DNA of 64,000 bases, taken from Vicinamibacterales bacterium. GTDB lineage: Bacteria > Acidobacteriota > Vicinamibacteria > Vicinamibacterales > UBA8438. Positions within the stretch are counted from its first letter, which is position 1. Each line of letters begins with the position of its first letter. Positions 1-8,431 of the stretch are shown piece after piece. The stretch is taken from assembly GCA_965261285.1 (NCBI GenBank), contig OZ253457.1, positions 467,809-531,808 of the forward strand. Direction: 5' to 3'. Both the position numbers and the translations under genes were made by a program. A model generated the notes under the pieces. That model was not told the origin of the DNA and searched no databases. It worked only from the letters and a program-made list of their open reading frames with translations.

Positions 1-1139
1 GCGCCCTCCACGTAGTCGCCGCCCGCCGCCACCATCAGGGCGGTGGTCTCGTCGTCGGTCCGCAGCGTCGGGTCGGCGCCGCCCTTCACGAGGATCCGCA
101 TGCTCTCGAGGTCGTTGTAGCTCGCGGCCAGGAAGAACGGCGTGGCCCCGATGTTGGACGGCGACAGCCCGTGGCCCTGCGTGATGCGCCGCGAGACGAA
201 CGGCAGCCGCTTGGTCATCCGGGGGTCGGGGTCGGCGCCGTGCTTGAGCAGGGCCGCGACCACCTCGGGCATCTTGCGCTGCACGGCCGCGTGCAGGGCG
301 GTGCGCCCCGCCCCGTCGTGGTCGGGGTCGGCGCCCCGCGCCAGCAGGAAGCGGGCCAGCTCGGGGTGGCCGCTGTCGATGGCCACGAGCAGGGCGGCGG
401 CGTCGGTGTCGGGCACGTAGCGCGACCGCGCGTTGGTGTTGCCGCCGATGCCGTCCGGCGCCGACTCGTTCACGTCGGCCCCGGCCGAGAGCAGCAGGTC
501 GGCCGCCTCGAGGCTGCCCTGCTGGGCCGCGAAGAGCAGCGGGGTGAACCGGTTCGTCGAGCGGGCCGAGACGGTGGCGCCGGTCTCGAGGAGCAGGCGC
601 GCCACCGGGGTGTGGTTCCCGGCGACGGCGAGCATCAGCGCGGTCTGGCCGAGGGCGGCCTCCCGGGCGTTGGGGTCGGCCCCGGCCGCGATCAGGCTTC
701 GGACCACGTCGAGGCCGCCGACCCGCGCCGCCGTCATCAGCGGCGTCTCGCCGTTGCCGCGCGCGGCGTTGGGGTCGGCGCCGGCCGCGAGCAGGGCGGC
801 GACGACGAGGCGGTTGCCGTTCACGCAGGCCAGCGACAGCGGCGTGACGCCGTGGTCGTCACGGGCGTTCACGTCGGCGCCGGCCGCGAGCAGGTCGGTG
901 ACCATGGCGTGGGCGTCGCGGTGCGCCGCCCAGTGGAGGGCGGTGGTGCCGTCCCCGTGGGCCGCGTCGGGGTCCGCGCCGGCCGCGAGGAGGTCCCGGA
1001 CCGTCTCGTGATCGCTGCTTCTCGCCGCCGCCACGAGCTCCGGCACGCCGAAGGCCGGCTGGGCGTGGGACGTGACGGGGAGCGCGACGACCAGGATGCC
1101 CATGGCGACCGCGGCCGCCGTCGATTGCTGTCCGTGCAT
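1..1139 (-). CDS. ankyrin-repeat protein with signal peptide (C-terminal end lies beyond the window start)
   Basis: Own reverse translation from the ATG at 1139..1137 gives MHGQQSTAAAVAMGILVVALPVTSHA. This is followed by at least 8 in-frame ANK-like units with recurring GADPNA/GADVNA and TALH/TPL motifs. The frame stays open to base 1. It is absent from the ORF track because it has no stop in the window. The 171..1190 + ORF is its antisense shadow. Confidence 0.8.
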   Translation of the reverse strand, partial: MHGQQSTAAAVAMGILVVALPVTSHAQPAFGVPELVAAARSSDHETVRDLLAAGADPDAAHGDGTTALHWAAHRDAHAMVTDLLAAGADVNARDDHGVTPLSLACVNGNRLVVAALLAAGADPNAARGNGETPLMTAARVGGLDVVRSLIAAGADPNAREAALGQTALMLAVAGNHTPVARLLLETGATVSARSTNRFTPLLFAAQQGSLEAADLLLSAGADVNESAPDGIGGNTNARSRYVPDTDAAALLVAIDSGHPELARFLLARGADPDHDGAGRTALHAAVQRKMPEVVAALLKHGADPDPRMTKRLPFVSRRITQGHGLSPSNIGATPFFLAASYNDLESMRILVKGGADPTLRTDDETTALMVAAGGDYVEG

Positions 1140-1409
1140 GGTTCTCGGCCTCGTTGCGGTTGGGGTGGGTCCGACAGTCTTGCTCGGTGAGGGCGCTGCC
1201 GCGACCCGAAGCGTCTCGAATTCGGTGTCCGCCCTCGTTCGGCGATGGCGGCCTCGAGCGGCTCCACGACGCTTCCGGACCCCGGATTTCTCGCAACCCG
1301 CCGACCACCGGACACGGCCACTACGAGCCGCGCCGTCGCCTTGACTGTCGCCGCAGCCTTCATGATAATGCAGCGGCGCGCTTCGAATACAACTCCAACA
1401 GCGGTACAC

Positions 1410-3842
1410 ATGACATACGGTCACGTACGCACGCGGGATGTCGCAGGAGTCCTGGCTTGGGCGGTAGTGTCGTTCGCGGCCGCCGCCGGCCCCGCGCTGG
1501 CGCAGTCCGCTCCGGACGACCGCGCCCTCCTCACGCGCTACTGCGTGGGCTGCCACAACGATCGCACCCTGACCGCGGGCGTCTCCCTGCAGGGCGTCGA
1601 CTTCGACGGGGTCGGCGAGCACGCCGGCGAGGTCGAGCTGTGGGAGCGGGTGATTCGCAAGCTCCGCACCCGCGCGATGCCCCCGGCCGGCCGGCCACGC
1701 CCGACCGAGACGCAGTACGAGGGCGTCGTCGCCCGCCTCGAGACGGCGATCGACGCCGCGGCGGCGGCCGACCCCAACCCGGGCCGGCGCCCCGCCGTCC
1801 ACCGCCTCAACCGCGCCGAGTATGCCAACGCCATCCGCGACCTCCTCGCGCTCGAGGTCGATACGAGGGCGCTGCTGCCGGCCGACGACTCCGGCTTCGG
1901 CTTCGACAACATCGCCGACGTGCTGTCGGTGTCGCCCATGCTGACCGAGCGCTACCTGTCGGCGGCGCGCAAGATCAGCCGGCTCGCGGTGGGCGACCCG
2001 AACCTCGCCCCGTCGACCGAGATCTTCACCGTCGACAAGTACCTGAAGCAGGACGCCCGGGTCAGCGACGACCTGCCGTTCGGCTCTCGCGGCGGGTTGG
2101 CGGTGCGGCACACGTTCCCCGTGGACGGCGAGTACGTCGTCAAGATCTACCTGGCGCGCACCTACGACGGGCGGCTGCGCGGCCTCGCCAACCGGCACGA
2201 GATGGAGGTGCGGCTCGACGGCGCCCTCGTGGAGACGCTGACCGTGGGCGGCCCCATCCTCGACGCCTCGGGCGAAGAGCAGCGGCGGGACTACCGGAAC
2301 GCGGCCGACGACGGGCAGGAGGTGCGGTTCACGGTCCCCGCCGGCCCCCACGTGCTCGCGGTGACCTTCGTCGACCAGGCGGCGGTGCTCGAGGGCATGC
2401 GCCGGCCGCACTACGCGGTCACGAGCTACGAGTACGCGGGCGACCAGACCCACGATCCGGGCATCGGCCGCGTCGAGCTGCGGGGGCCCTACGACGTCAC
2501 CGGCCGCGGCGACACCCCGAGCCGACGCGCCATCTTCGCCTGCCGGCCCCCTGCCGGCGCGGCGCCGTCCGGTCCCGAGGAGATCGCGTGCGCCCGCGAG
2601 ATCCTGGGGGCTCTGGGGCGCCGCGCGTTCCGCCGGCCGCTCGACGGCGGCGACCTCGACATGCTGCTCGGCTTCTTCCATCTCGGGCGCGAGAGCGGCG
2701 ACTTCGACGCCGGCATCGAGATGGCCCTGCGCCGGGTCCTCGTGAGCCCCGACTTCCTGTTCCGGCGCGAGCGCGACCCTGCGGGGGCGGCGCCGGGCGC
2801 GCCGTATCTCGTCAGCGAGCACGAGCTGGCGGCGCGGCTGTCCTTCTTCCTGTGGAGCAGCATTCCCGACGACGAGCTGCTCGACCTCGCCGACCGGGGC
2901 GCGTTGCGCGATCCGGGCGTGCTCGAGGCCCAGGTGGAGCGGATGCTGGCCGACCCCCGGGCCGCGTCGCTCGTCGACAACTTCGGCGGGCAGTGGCTGT
3001 ACCTCCGCAACATGGCCCTGGTGGCCCCCGACCCCTACGCCTTCGCCGACTTCGACGCCAACCTCCGCGAGGCGATGGCCCGCGAGATGGAGCTGTTCCT
3101 CGACCGGCAGATCCGCCGCGACCACGGCGTCCTCGAGCTGCTGACGTCGGACGAGACGTTCGTCAACCAGCGGCTGGCCGAGCACTACGGCATTCCCGGC
3201 GTCTACGGGAACCACTTCCGGCCCGTCGCCCTCGACGGCGGGCTGTCGCCGCGGCGCGGCCTGCTCGGCAAGGGCAGCCTGCTGACGGTGACCTCCTACG
3301 CCCACCGCACGTCGCCGGTGGTCCGCGGCAAGTGGCTGCTCGAGAACATCCTCGGGTCGCCGCCCCCGCCGCCCCCACCCGACGTGCCCGCCCTCGCCGA
3401 GAACGACGACAGCGGCGAGCCGCCCCGCTCGGTGCGCGAGCGGCTGGAGGTGCACCGCGAGAACCCCGCGTGCGCGGGCTGCCACCGCGTCATGGACCCC
3501 CTGGGCTTCGCGCTCGAGAACTTCGACGCCATCGGCCGGTGGCGGACGGTGACCGAGGCGGGGACCCCGGTGGACGCGGCCGGCGAGCTCGCCGACGGCA
3601 CCCCGGTGGACGGGCCGGAGTCGCTGGCCGCGGCGTTGCTCAAGCGGCCGGAGAGCTTCGTGACCACCGTGACCGAGAAGCTGATGACCTACGGGCTCGG
3701 GCGCGGTGTAGAGTATTACGATGCCCCGGCGGTGCGCCGCGTCGTCCGCGAGGCGGCGGACGACGACTACCGCTGGTCGTCGATCATCGCGGGCATCGCC
3801 CGTAGCGTGCCGTTTCAACTGAGGAGAGGTCCCGCGTCATGA
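1410..3842 (+). CDS. DUF1592/DUF1588/DUF1585-family protein with cytochrome c motifs (planctomycete-type PSD protein)
   Basis: Lies in track ORF 1245..3842. There is a signal-like N-terminus from M at 1410 (MTYGHVRTRDVAGVLAWAVVSFAAAAGPALA). CxxCH motifs are CVGCH near the N-terminus and CAGCHRVMDPLGFALENFDAIGRWR near the C-terminus, which is typical of this family. The start could also be 1245 or nearby Met codons. Confidence 0.9.
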   Translation: MTYGHVRTRDVAGVLAWAVVSFAAAAGPALAQSAPDDRALLTRYCVGCHNDRTLTAGVSLQGVDFDGVGEHAGEVELWERVIRKLRTRAMPPAGRPRPTETQYEGVVARLETAIDAAAAADPNPGRRPAVHRLNRAEYANAIRDLLALEVDTRALLPADDSGFGFDNIADVLSVSPMLTERYLSAARKISRLAVGDPNLAPSTEIFTVDKYLKQDARVSDDLPFGSRGGLAVRHTFPVDGEYVVKIYLARTYDGRLRGLANRHEMEVRLDGALVETLTVGGPILDASGEEQRRDYRNAADDGQEVRFTVPAGPHVLAVTFVDQAAVLEGMRRPHYAVTSYEYAGDQTHDPGIGRVELRGPYDVTGRGDTPSRRAIFACRPPAGAAPSGPEEIACAREILGALGRRAFRRPLDGGDLDMLLGFFHLGRESGDFDAGIEMALRRVLVSPDFLFRRERDPAGAAPGAPYLVSEHELAARLSFFLWSSIPDDELLDLADRGALRDPGVLEAQVERMLADPRAASLVDNFGGQWLYLRNMALVAPDPYAFADFDANLREAMAREMELFLDRQIRRDHGVLELLTSDETFVNQRLAEHYGIPGVYGNHFRPVALDGGLSPRRGLLGKGSLLTVTSYAHRTSPVVRGKWLLENILGSPPPPPPPDVPALAENDDSGEPPRSVRERLEVHRENPACAGCHRVMDPLGFALENFDAIGRWRTVTEAGTPVDAAGELADGTPVDGPESLAAALLKRPESFVTTVTEKLMTYGLGRGVEYYDAPAVRRVVREAADDDYRWSSIIAGIARSVPFQLRRGPAS

Positions 3843-3924
3843 TCATCATCAGGATGACGATCATCGCGGGCATCGCCGTAGCGTGCCGTTTCAACTGAGG
3901 AGAGGTCCCGCGTCATGATCATCA
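3782..3924. repeat. tandem duplication (period 77 nt, 2 copies) of the DUF1592 stop / DUF1552 start junction
   Basis: Copy 1 is 3782-3848 and copy 2 is 3859-3924. Both read gatcatcgcgggcatcgcc(c)gtagcgtgccgtttcaactgaggagaggtcccgcgtcatgatcatca. They are identical except for one deleted c in copy 2. Confidence 0.9.
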
Positions 3925-5273
3925 CCAAGATGGCCCTGCCCCGGCGGACGTTCCTGCGCGGCGTGGGCGCCACCCTGGCCCTGCCCCTGCTCGACGGCAT
4001 GGTGCCGGCCCTGTCGGCGATGCGGAACACCGCGGCGCGGCCCCGGGCGCGGCTCTACGTCGGCTACGTCCCCAACGGCGTCATCATGGACGAGTGGACG
4101 CCGGCGGCCGAGGGCCGGGACTTCATCCTGCCGCAGACCCTCGCTCCCCTCGCGCCGTTCCAGGACCAGGTCACGGTGGTGAGCGGGCTCCAGAGCGAGC
4201 CCATGTTCCCCCTGCCCGGCGAGGGCACCGGCGACCACGTGCGCGCCGCCTCGGCGTTCCTCACCGGCGTGCACCCCAAGAAGACCGAGGGGCCGGACAT
4301 CCGCGGCGGCACGTCGATGGACCAGATCGCGGCCGCGAAGATCGGCCAGGACACCCAGCTCACGTCGCTCGAGCTCGCGCTCGACCCCAACGAGCTCATC
4401 GGCGCCTGCGAGGCGGGCTGGAGCTGCGCCTACGCCAACACCCTGTCGTGGCGCAACCCGACGACGCCGCTGCCGATGGAGAACCAGCCGCGGGCGGTCT
4501 TCGAGCGGCTCTTCGGCGACACCGACGACACCAGCCAGGCGGCCCGGCTCGCCCGCATCCGCGAGGACCGCAGCATCCTCGACTCGCTGGTGCACGAGGT
4601 CGACGACTTCCGCCACACCCTCGCGCCGGCCGACCGCGACAAGGTCGACCAGTACCTCGACGCCATCCGCGACATCGAGCGTCGCATCCGGCTCGCCGAG
4701 CTGCAGAGCCACGTCGAGCTGCCGGAGCTGGCCCGGCCCACCGGGGGCATCCCCGACACCTTCGCCGAGCACGCGCGGCTGATGTTCGACCTGCAGGTGC
4801 TGGCCCTGCAGACCGACATGACCCGGGTCATCACGTTCATGATGTCGCGCGAGGTCAGCCCGCGGACCTATCCCGAGCTGGGCATTCCCGACCCCCACCA
4901 CGGGCTGTCGCACCACCAGAACCGCCCGGTGCAGATGGAGAAGCTGGCCAAGCTGAACCGGCACCACATCGAGCAGTTCGCGTACTTCGTCGGGCGCCTC
5001 GCGGAGACCCCGGACGGCGACGGCAGCCTCCTCGACCACATGATGATGCTCTACGGCTGCGGCATCAGCGACGGCAACCAGCACCTGCACGTCAACCTGC
5101 CGATCCTGCTCGTCGGCGGCTCGGCCGGGCGCATGCGCGGCGGCCGCCACGTGCGCGTGGCCGACGAGACGCCGCTGACCAACCTGCAGCTCAGCCTGCT
5201 CGACAAGGTCGGGGTGCCGACCGAGAAGCTCGGCGACAGCACCGGCCAGTTGAAGCACCTGTCGGACGTGTAG
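3915..5273 (+). CDS. DUF1552 domain protein with twin-arginine signal
   Basis: Track ORF of 452 aa. The N-terminus MIITKMALPRRTFLRGVGATLALPLL is Tat-like. It is the conserved partner of DUF1592 proteins. An RBS gaggagagg lies upstream. Confidence 0.9.
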   Translation: MIITKMALPRRTFLRGVGATLALPLLDGMVPALSAMRNTAARPRARLYVGYVPNGVIMDEWTPAAEGRDFILPQTLAPLAPFQDQVTVVSGLQSEPMFPLPGEGTGDHVRAASAFLTGVHPKKTEGPDIRGGTSMDQIAAAKIGQDTQLTSLELALDPNELIGACEAGWSCAYANTLSWRNPTTPLPMENQPRAVFERLFGDTDDTSQAARLARIREDRSILDSLVHEVDDFRHTLAPADRDKVDQYLDAIRDIERRIRLAELQSHVELPELARPTGGIPDTFAEHARLMFDLQVLALQTDMTRVITFMMSREVSPRTYPELGIPDPHHGLSHHQNRPVQMEKLAKLNRHHIEQFAYFVGRLAETPDGDGSLLDHMMMLYGCGISDGNQHLHVNLPILLVGGSAGRMRGGRHVRVADETPLTNLQLSLLDKVGVPTEKLGDSTGQLKHLSDV

Positions 5274-5336
5274 GAATCAGCGCCGGCTTCCGGCTCCTCG
5301 GGTCGTCCGGCTGCACATCGCGTAGAGGAGGCGCGG

Positions 5337-5522
5337 ATGGCCGACTATTACGCCCCCTGGATGCTCGTCATGCAGCTCCTTACGCTGGCGGCAGCGTTGG
5401 TGGGGGCGATCACCGGCGTCTGGAACACTCTCCAGTTTCGGGAGTCGAGGGGCAAGGTGGATACGCTGGAGACGGCGCACAACGCGCACGTCAACACGCC
5501 GGGGCTGCACAGGCACGTGTGA
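5337..5522 (+). CDS. small single-pass membrane protein (61 aa), unknown family
   Basis: Track ORF with a ggagg RBS about 7 nt upstream. It has one hydrophobic helix (LLTLAAALVGAITGVW). The tail aligns without gaps to the small ORF at 15750..15914 (FRESRGKVDTL...GLHR versus IREFKGRVDEL...GLHR). Confidence 0.55.
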   Translation: MADYYAPWMLVMQLLTLAAALVGAITGVWNTLQFRESRGKVDTLETAHNAHVNTPGLHRHV

Positions 5523-5635
5523 GCCCGCCCCCCCACCAAGCCGGTCCCGATAGACTCGGGGTCGCCGGCGGCGCAGGAGGCGGATAAGTGCCTTCGTCCG
5601 CCGTGGGCGTTGCACCGTAGCGGGCCGCCGACCGC

Positions 5636-5881
5636 TCAGTGGTGATGGTGGTGGTACGCCTCGTGCTCGGCGTGCGCCTTGTCGCGCTGGATCTTCTTGG
5701 CGGCCTGGCGGGCGAGGCCCAGGTTGCGCTGCCGCGTCCCGTCCGAGCTCACCGACGAGATCGACAGCAGCTTCTCCAGGTCGGCGCCCCGGCACGTCGG
5801 GCAGGCGGGGTCGGTGCCCGGCAGCACCAGCAGCTCGAACTGCTTCCGGCACGCGCGGCATTCGTACTCGTAGATCGGCAT
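5636..5881 (-). CDS. FmdB-family zinc-ribbon protein
   Basis: MPIYEYECRACRKQFELLVLPGTDPACPTCRG carries the CxxC...CxxC FmdB signature. The C-terminus ends HHHHH. The track ORF begins one Met earlier, at 5884. Confidence 0.9.
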   Translation of the reverse strand: MPIYEYECRACRKQFELLVLPGTDPACPTCRGADLEKLLSISSVSSDGTRQRNLGLARQAAKKIQRDKAHAEHEAYHHHHH

Positions 5882-6002
5882 CATCTCCTCGCTTGAGACA
5901 GTAACGACGGCGAGCTGCCAGCCCCCCCGGAGGCGCAGCCGTGTTCCTGCGGTTCGTGCGCCTGGCGACCGGCAAGGTGATTCCGTCAGTGTCCTCGCGC
6001 AA

Positions 6003-7109
6003 TCAGGTCGACGCGACCGGCCGGACCGGGATGACGGAGGGCGCCGCCTGCCGCTGCTTCCGCTTGGCGCGGAGCAGGAGCAGCCAGTGCGGGCACTTCT
6101 TCACGTCGGCGTAGAGCCGCTCGCAGTCGTCGCAGCGGACGCACTCGGTCATGTCGATCCGCGGCCCCTGGATGGCGCCCCACTCGCACGCCTTCTCGCA
6201 GATCTTGCACGTGTCGCATTCCTTCCACCGCTTGATGCGGAAGACCGTCGCCTTCGACAGGATCCCGAGGAACGCGCCCACCGGGCAGAGGAACCGGCAG
6301 TAGAGGTTGCGCACGAACACCGTGGCCACGAGCAGCACCGCCAGCGCGATCCACATCGCCGTCGTGCCGCGCCGGGTGAACATCCAGAACGGCTCGACCC
6401 AGCGGTAGGCGGGGATGTCCGCCGTCGCCAGGAAGTAGAGCAGGACCGCCACGAGGAGGCCGTACTTGATCCAGGCCGCGCGGTGCTCCAGCCACGGCGG
6501 CACCTCGACCCGCAACCGCGCCGGCACCACCCGGTCCATCAACTGGGTGAGGGCCCCGAAGGCACAGACCCGCCCGCAGTAGAGCCGTCCCCACAGCACC
6601 GTGGTGACGACCGTGAACGCCGCGAACAGGTACCACGCGAGGCTGTAGCGGAAGACCGGCATGTTGCCGGTCACGAGCCCGTACACGTTGACCACCGAGA
6701 TGAGCTGGCTCTTGGTGAACCCCATGTAGGCGACGGCGGCGGCCAGGGTCACGTACTTGAGGGGCACGCTCTTCCTGAAGAACCCGACGAGGACCAGCGC
6801 CGCGAAGCCGGTGAAGAACCCGAGGTCGACGGCCTGGTCGCGGAGCAGGGTGCCCCAGGTCTCCGTGTCCGCCTCGTCGTCCTCGAAGCTCCAGGCGTCG
6901 TCACCCTCCTCGTCGTCCTCGAAGCCCCACCCGTCGTCTTCCTCCTCGTCCTCGAAGCCCCATCCGTCGTCGGCGGGCTGGTCGTCGCCGCCGGCCGCTT
7001 CGGACGCCGGCGGCGCCGGGGCGGCGGCGGGTTCCGGCTGCGCCGCGTAAGGTGCGGCCGGTCCGATTCCCGCGATCAGGAGCGCCGCGAGGGCCAGGGC
7101 GCGGATCAC
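6003..7109 (-). CDS. 4Fe-4S-binding polytopic membrane protein (NapH/NosR C-terminal-like) with an acidic Trp-rich N-terminal repeat
   Basis: This is the in-frame C-terminal part of track ORF 6003..7871. A GTG at 7109 overlaps the upstream stop (GTGA). Motifs present: LYCGRVCAFG, LYCRFLCPVG, and ferredoxin-type CDTCKICEKAC / CVRCDDCERLY. The N-terminus carries a signal/TM segment followed by DDGWGFEDEEEDDGWGFEDDEEGDDAWSFEDDE. Confidence 0.85.
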   Translation of the reverse strand: MIRALALAALLIAGIGPAAPYAAQPEPAAAPAPPASEAAGGDDQPADDGWGFEDEEEDDGWGFEDDEEGDDAWSFEDDEADTETWGTLLRDQAVDLGFFTGFAALVLVGFFRKSVPLKYVTLAAAVAYMGFTKSQLISVVNVYGLVTGNMPVFRYSLAWYLFAAFTVVTTVLWGRLYCGRVCAFGALTQLMDRVVPARLRVEVPPWLEHRAAWIKYGLLVAVLLYFLATADIPAYRWVEPFWMFTRRGTTAMWIALAVLLVATVFVRNLYCRFLCPVGAFLGILSKATVFRIKRWKECDTCKICEKACEWGAIQGPRIDMTECVRCDDCERLYADVKKCPHWLLLLRAKRKQRQAAPSVIPVRPVAST

Positions 7110-7615
7110 CGCAGGCCTCCCTCGGGATTCAGGAACTGCCGGGCGATGCGGCGGGCCCCGTTGCGCACCGCCCGGGTCGCGCTGCGGACGGTGATGGTGG
7201 CGGTGGCCACCGAGTCGATGTCGGCGCCGACCCGGAACCGGTCGCGCACGCTCTTGCGGACGAACTGCGCGCCGTACTCGGGGGTGTCGATCGAGAAGTA
7301 GCCGTAGGGCTCGTGGTGCCGGGCGACGATGATGCCGGTGAGCTCGGCGTCGAGGTCGACCCCCACGAGCACCTGGATGGGGCCGTCGTAGCCCCGCTCG
7401 AGCGGCTCGAGCTCGGTGGTCCAGAAGGCGAAGCCGACGATGTCGCCGTTGGCCGCGAACGCCTTGAAGTGGGGCGGCGATCCCTCCTTGGGCGAGAAGG
7501 AGGCGGCGCGAGGGAACAGCTTGCCGAGCTGCTCCTGCAGCAGCGGATCGAAGGGCGACTGGCTCTCGACCGCCACGACGCCGGCCAGCAGCAGCGCGAG
7601 GATGGGAATTCTCAT
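7106..7615 (-). CDS. periplasmic FMN-binding domain protein (NosR N-terminal-like)
   Basis: Track ORF of 169 aa with signal peptide MRIPILALLLAGVVAVES. The end reads IDSVATATITVRSATRAVRNGARRIA, the conserved FMN_bind T-x-T/S region. It is coupled to the downstream 4Fe-4S protein. Confidence 0.8.
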   Translation of the reverse strand: MRIPILALLLAGVVAVESQSPFDPLLQEQLGKLFPRAASFSPKEGSPPHFKAFAANGDIVGFAFWTTELEPLERGYDGPIQVLVGVDLDAELTGIIVARHHEPYGYFSIDTPEYGAQFVRKSVRDRFRVGADIDSVATATITVRSATRAVRNGARRIARQFLNPEGGLR

Positions 7616-7650
7616 AGAATTGCCCGAAGTTTACCCCAACGGGAGGACCC

Positions 7651-8112
7651 ATGCCGCGCATCAGACCCGGCGCGACCGCCGCCGCGCTGCTCGTCGCCGC
7701 CCTCGCCGCGCCCCCGGGCGCCTTCGCGCAGGACCTGTACGACACCACCGCCCTCGACTGCTCCTTCACGGTGATCGCCACCGCGGACTGGTCCGAGGGT
7801 GAGGCCGACGCGAGCGTCGAGCCCTCGACGCTGTCGCTGCGCTTCGAGGAGATCGACGCCGACGGCGCCACGGCCGCGATCGTCGGCCCCTACGGCGCCT
7901 CGCACATCATCGTGCGCCAGACCGGCGACTACCTCCACCTCGTCCAGATGTTCACGGTGGGGCCGCTGTACACGACGACGGTGATCGACCGGGAGACGGC
8001 GGACGGGCGGCGGATGGCGGTGCACACCCGCCACGAGTACACCGACACCCGGCTCGTGGGGTTCACCTCGCGGCCGGAGCAGTACGTCGGCGACTGCGCG
8101 GTGGAGTTCTGA
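7651..8112 (+). CDS. secreted hypothetical protein
   Basis: Track ORF of 153 aa with RBS gggagga and signal peptide MPRIRPGATAAALLVAALAAPPGAFA. The composition is coding-like. No family was recognised. Confidence 0.65.
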   Translation: MPRIRPGATAAALLVAALAAPPGAFAQDLYDTTALDCSFTVIATADWSEGEADASVEPSTLSLRFEEIDADGATAAIVGPYGASHIIVRQTGDYLHLVQMFTVGPLYTTTVIDRETADGRRMAVHTRHEYTDTRLVGFTSRPEQYVGDCAVEF

Positions 8113-8260
8113 CCGCGGTCGCGATATCCGGCGTCGTCGGGACCTCCGCACGCCGCCCCGGTTCTGCACCAGGGCTCGAGCCGCCGGATCCGGGGTGGAG
8201 TGGCCGCGCCGGTCCAACCCGGCGACGCGGTCACGAGCGGGTCGTGGGGGTGGTCGGGGC

Positions 8261-8422
8261 GGCCGGGAAGCGTCGAGCCCGGTTGGCTTCGGTGCGGACC
8301 GGAGCAAGTTCCCGCGCAAGAGGTGGTCGCGGAGGCGGGAAGCGTCGAGTCCGGTTGGCTTCGGCGCGACCACGGCAAACCCGCGCAAGAAGTGGGGGAG
8401 GCCGGGAAGCGCCGGAGTCCGG
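8261..8422. repeat. intergenic tandem repeat, about 2.3 copies of a 66-74 nt unit
   Basis: Unit A is 8261-8334, unit B is 8335-8400, and a partial unit C is 8401-8422. The shared core is g(c)cgggaagcgtcgag(c/t)ccggttggcttcgg(t/c)gcg...cccgcgcaaga(g/a)gtgg. Confidence 0.85.
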
Positions 8423-8431
8423 AGAACGGGG

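Noticed and set aside
1154-3805. 883-aa + strand ORF overlapping the DUF1592 gene in another frame
   Set aside because: The alternative frame 1245..3842 carries the CxxCH and DUF1585-type motifs. This frame is Arg/Pro/Gly-rich nonsense.
5636-5655. C-terminal HHHHH on the FmdB-like protein as a sign of an engineered His-tag or vector sequence
   Set aside because: The context is native chromosomal DNA, there are mixed CAC/CAT codons, only five His precede the native stop, and there are no vector or linker sequences. It is probably a natural metal-binding tail.
8261-8422. Possible CRISPR array (and likewise for the other direct repeats, at 21518-21670 and 60157-60358)
   Set aside because: The repeats are contiguous tandem copies or palindromic sites without unique spacers of constant length. 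There are at most 4 units and no cas genes in the window.
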